Shown in pieces: positions 61,519-64,000 of a stretch of DNA of 64,000 bases. The number at the start of each line of letters is the position of its first letter. Position 1 is the stretch's first letter. The DNA is from Adineta vaga (lineage: Eukaryota; Animalia; Rotifera): the NCBI GenBank assembly GCA_021613535.1, contig CP075495.1:4464001-4528000 (forward strand). The letters are read 5' to 3'. A program made the translations under genes and the position numbers. The notes under the pieces are model-generated. The model searched no databases. It was not told the origin of the DNA and saw only the letters and a program-made list of their open reading frames with translations.

Positions 61519-63287
61519 ATGTTTCTTTCTTATTTAAGTTTTATCCTAACTTGTGGTAGGATTTCTTTTTGATGTTTTCGGATACAATAAATCTTTCTTC
61601 ATAGGTCTCGCACTAGCACAGTATGCTCGAGTACATACACCAACTGAACGAATGAGACTTTTGGTAGAATTACATACATGAATATTTTCGAGTGTAATTC
61701 TTTATTTGATTATTAGGGTCCCTTGGCTTATGCTGATGCTCGATTGACATTTAACTGTCCAGCATTAAATCCATCGCCAACTATTCCAACATCAGGTGTT
61801 TATTTTTCTTATCAATTTGTTTTAGTCAATTTTAATTATTTGTTTTCTAGTTCATGCTTTACGACCAGCTGATATTAAACATATCGCATCCATGGGTGAT
61901 AGTTTAACTGTACGTTTAAATGAAAACAAAAGTGGAAAATCTGTTGATGTACTATTTTTATCTTAGGCTGCTAATGGAGCCAAAGCACATTCCATTGTTG
62001 CTGTTATAGTTGAATATCGGGGTGTGTCCTGGAGGTAAGAAATCTATATTGAGTATTATCCAAATTATTTTATGATTTTGTAGTATCGGTGGTGATGATA
62101 GTTTAAAAACAGTTGTCACTTTACCAAGTAAGGTTTTACAATATCGTATGATATTACTTGATGTTTCTCGTCTAGATATTTTACGTCAATTTAACAGTCT
62201 GTTGGATGGTTATTCAAAAGGTACTGGTGATCGAAATAATTCGAAAGCTGGTTTCAATGTTGCTAAAGCTGGTGCTATTTCTTCGTAAGTTTACATTTCT
62301 ATTTTGGAAAGAAAATTCTACTTGATATTATTTCGAAGTGATATGCCAACTCAAGCAAATCTTCTTGTTGAGAGAATGATTCGAGCATTGGGTGCTGCTA
62401 AATTTGCTGCTGATTGGAAATTAGTTACATTTTTCATTGGTGGTAATGATCTTTGTGGTTATTGCAAAGATCATGTATGTTTATTTGATGTTTCTATCAA
62501 ATAAAATTTTGTTTATCTATTTCAATTAGGATCGATTTAGTGCAGCTACATATACAAATAATATTAAACGAGCATTGGATATTCTCAAAGCACGAATGCC
62601 TCGTACATTGGTCAATTTTGTTACTGTTCTTAATGTTGCTGAACTTGAAGATTTACATGAAGGTATTCGATGTCAAACTTCACAAAAGTAAGATTCGATC
62701 TAGAAGAGAATTTCATCTTTTTGTTTGTTTGTTAGTTTTATGTGTGATTGTGCTGTGAATAAGAAAACACGTGAAGAAGTTCGTGTAGCAAATATTGAAT
62801 ATCAAAAATCAACAGCTCAATTAATTGATTCAGGTATTTACGATACAGCCGATGATTTTACCGTTGTTCGACAACCCTTTATGGAACATATGAAAGTACC
62901 AGCATTGGTATGAAAAGAGTTTTCTTTGAAAAAGCAAAAATCACTTGTATGAATTTGTAGAATAATGGCTTAGCTGATTTCTCATATTTCTCTCCAGATT
63001 GTTTTCATTTCAGTCAAAAAGGTCATGAAGCAGCAGCTATTGAACTTTGGAATAACATGGTGAGAAATTTGATTTATTCTACAAATCAATGAAAAAACTA
63101 TCGATCTGTTCTATTGTATTTATAGATGCAAAAAGTTGGTGAAAAAACAACTTTATGGAATTTATTAGATACTCTTAGCTGTCCTTCAACAGTAAGATAT
63201 TATTTATTTGATTTGATAGATTGTTAAAAATGACTTTTATCTTTTTAGGGCAACGGATATATCTATACAATGAAGAATAGTGCTTGA
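61519..63287 (+). CDS. Secreted single-domain phospholipase B1-like GDSL lipase
   Basis: Signal peptide, [70 protein letters not shown]. Confidence 0.9.
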
Positions 63288-63565
63288 GTCAAAACATAAT
63301 CTTTTATTGATCGTTCGAAATTTTCTTTTGTTTTTTTCTATGCTAAGTCAATAAAAGCATACTAATGAAAAAGAGCGAGAGAGAAATATCTTGACCGATC
63401 AGTGAATTGTTTGATATTTATGAGAAAAGAAATTCATCAAGGTCAAACGTTCAAGTTGAACGAACAGAGAGAAAATAGAGAGAAAGAAAGAGATATTAGA
63501 CTCGATAACTTTCTCGACAAATATAGATCAGTTCATTCATTTGAATCGTTCACAAACTGAAGAAA

Positions 63566-63974
63566 ATGCAATACTATCTTGTTTTCATCATTTTGCTCAT
63601 TGGCTATACAACTTCTGTGAATTCACAAACCGCTCAAACTTTGACAGTACCTGTCGTTTCAACTACTGTTGCAGTTAATGTTGTAAAAGAAGTTGTAACT
63701 GTTGAACAGACAACAGTTGTACCAATTGCAAACAACCATTGTACCAGTTGTTGTTGTTAAAGAAGAGACAGTTGTTCCAACTACAACAACTGTTGAATCA
63801 TCGGTGACACCAAAGACATTACCTGTTGTAAATAAATCACTTGTTACACCATGGCCTGAACCACTACCACATCCTCTTGGTTACTGCATTCGTGGTCGCT
63901 TACGTTGCTCGAAAATTCGTCGTTGTTGTACAGGACCATGTGACTTTGCTACGATGAAATGTCCATCATTGTAA
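63566..63974 (+). CDS. Secreted Thr/Val-rich stalk plus C-terminal cystine-knot peptide; apparent frameshift at ~63728
   Basis: Signal peptide and TV-rich repeats in one frame; the repeats continue into CIRGRLRCSKIRRCCTGPCDFATMKC in the adjacent frame. Confidence 0.65.
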
Positions 63975-64000
63975 ATCAACAATATTCAAAACAAACTTCA

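Overview
AT-rich eukaryotic DNA, gene-dense, with many ~50-60 nt GT-AG introns. The architecture and gene content (cytosolic xylellain-type C1A proteases, an F-box/LRR-type C-terminal remnant) best fit a bdelloid rotifer; this is an inference. Genes in order: HMG-CoA synthase (partial), a decayed trypsin-like locus, a three-domain trypsin-like protease, FoxP, a U1/matrin-type zinc-finger gene, a hAT-like MITE with TIRs and an 8-bp TSD, an F-box/LRR-type pseudogene, mitochondrial aconitase, a ~15-kb IP3 receptor gene, CHID1, a two-exon RFamide-type neuropeptide precursor missed by the ORF track, RPL37, a CCDC63/CCDC114-like gene, an uncharacterised basic protein, two tandem papain-like genes (one frameshifted), TMEM64, RFC3, a PLB1-like GDSL lipase, and a frameshifted secreted mucin-stalk/knottin gene. 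The most notable signal is alternative-splicing architecture in the IP3 receptor. It has two pairs of tandemly duplicated, frame-incompatible (mutually exclusive) exons, one of which swaps the S4-S5 linker, TM5 and the start of the luminal loop of the channel. It also has several frame-preserving 24-72 nt candidate micro-exons in unusually long introns that carry TGCATG motifs. Exon boundaries were read by eye and need RNA-seq confirmation.
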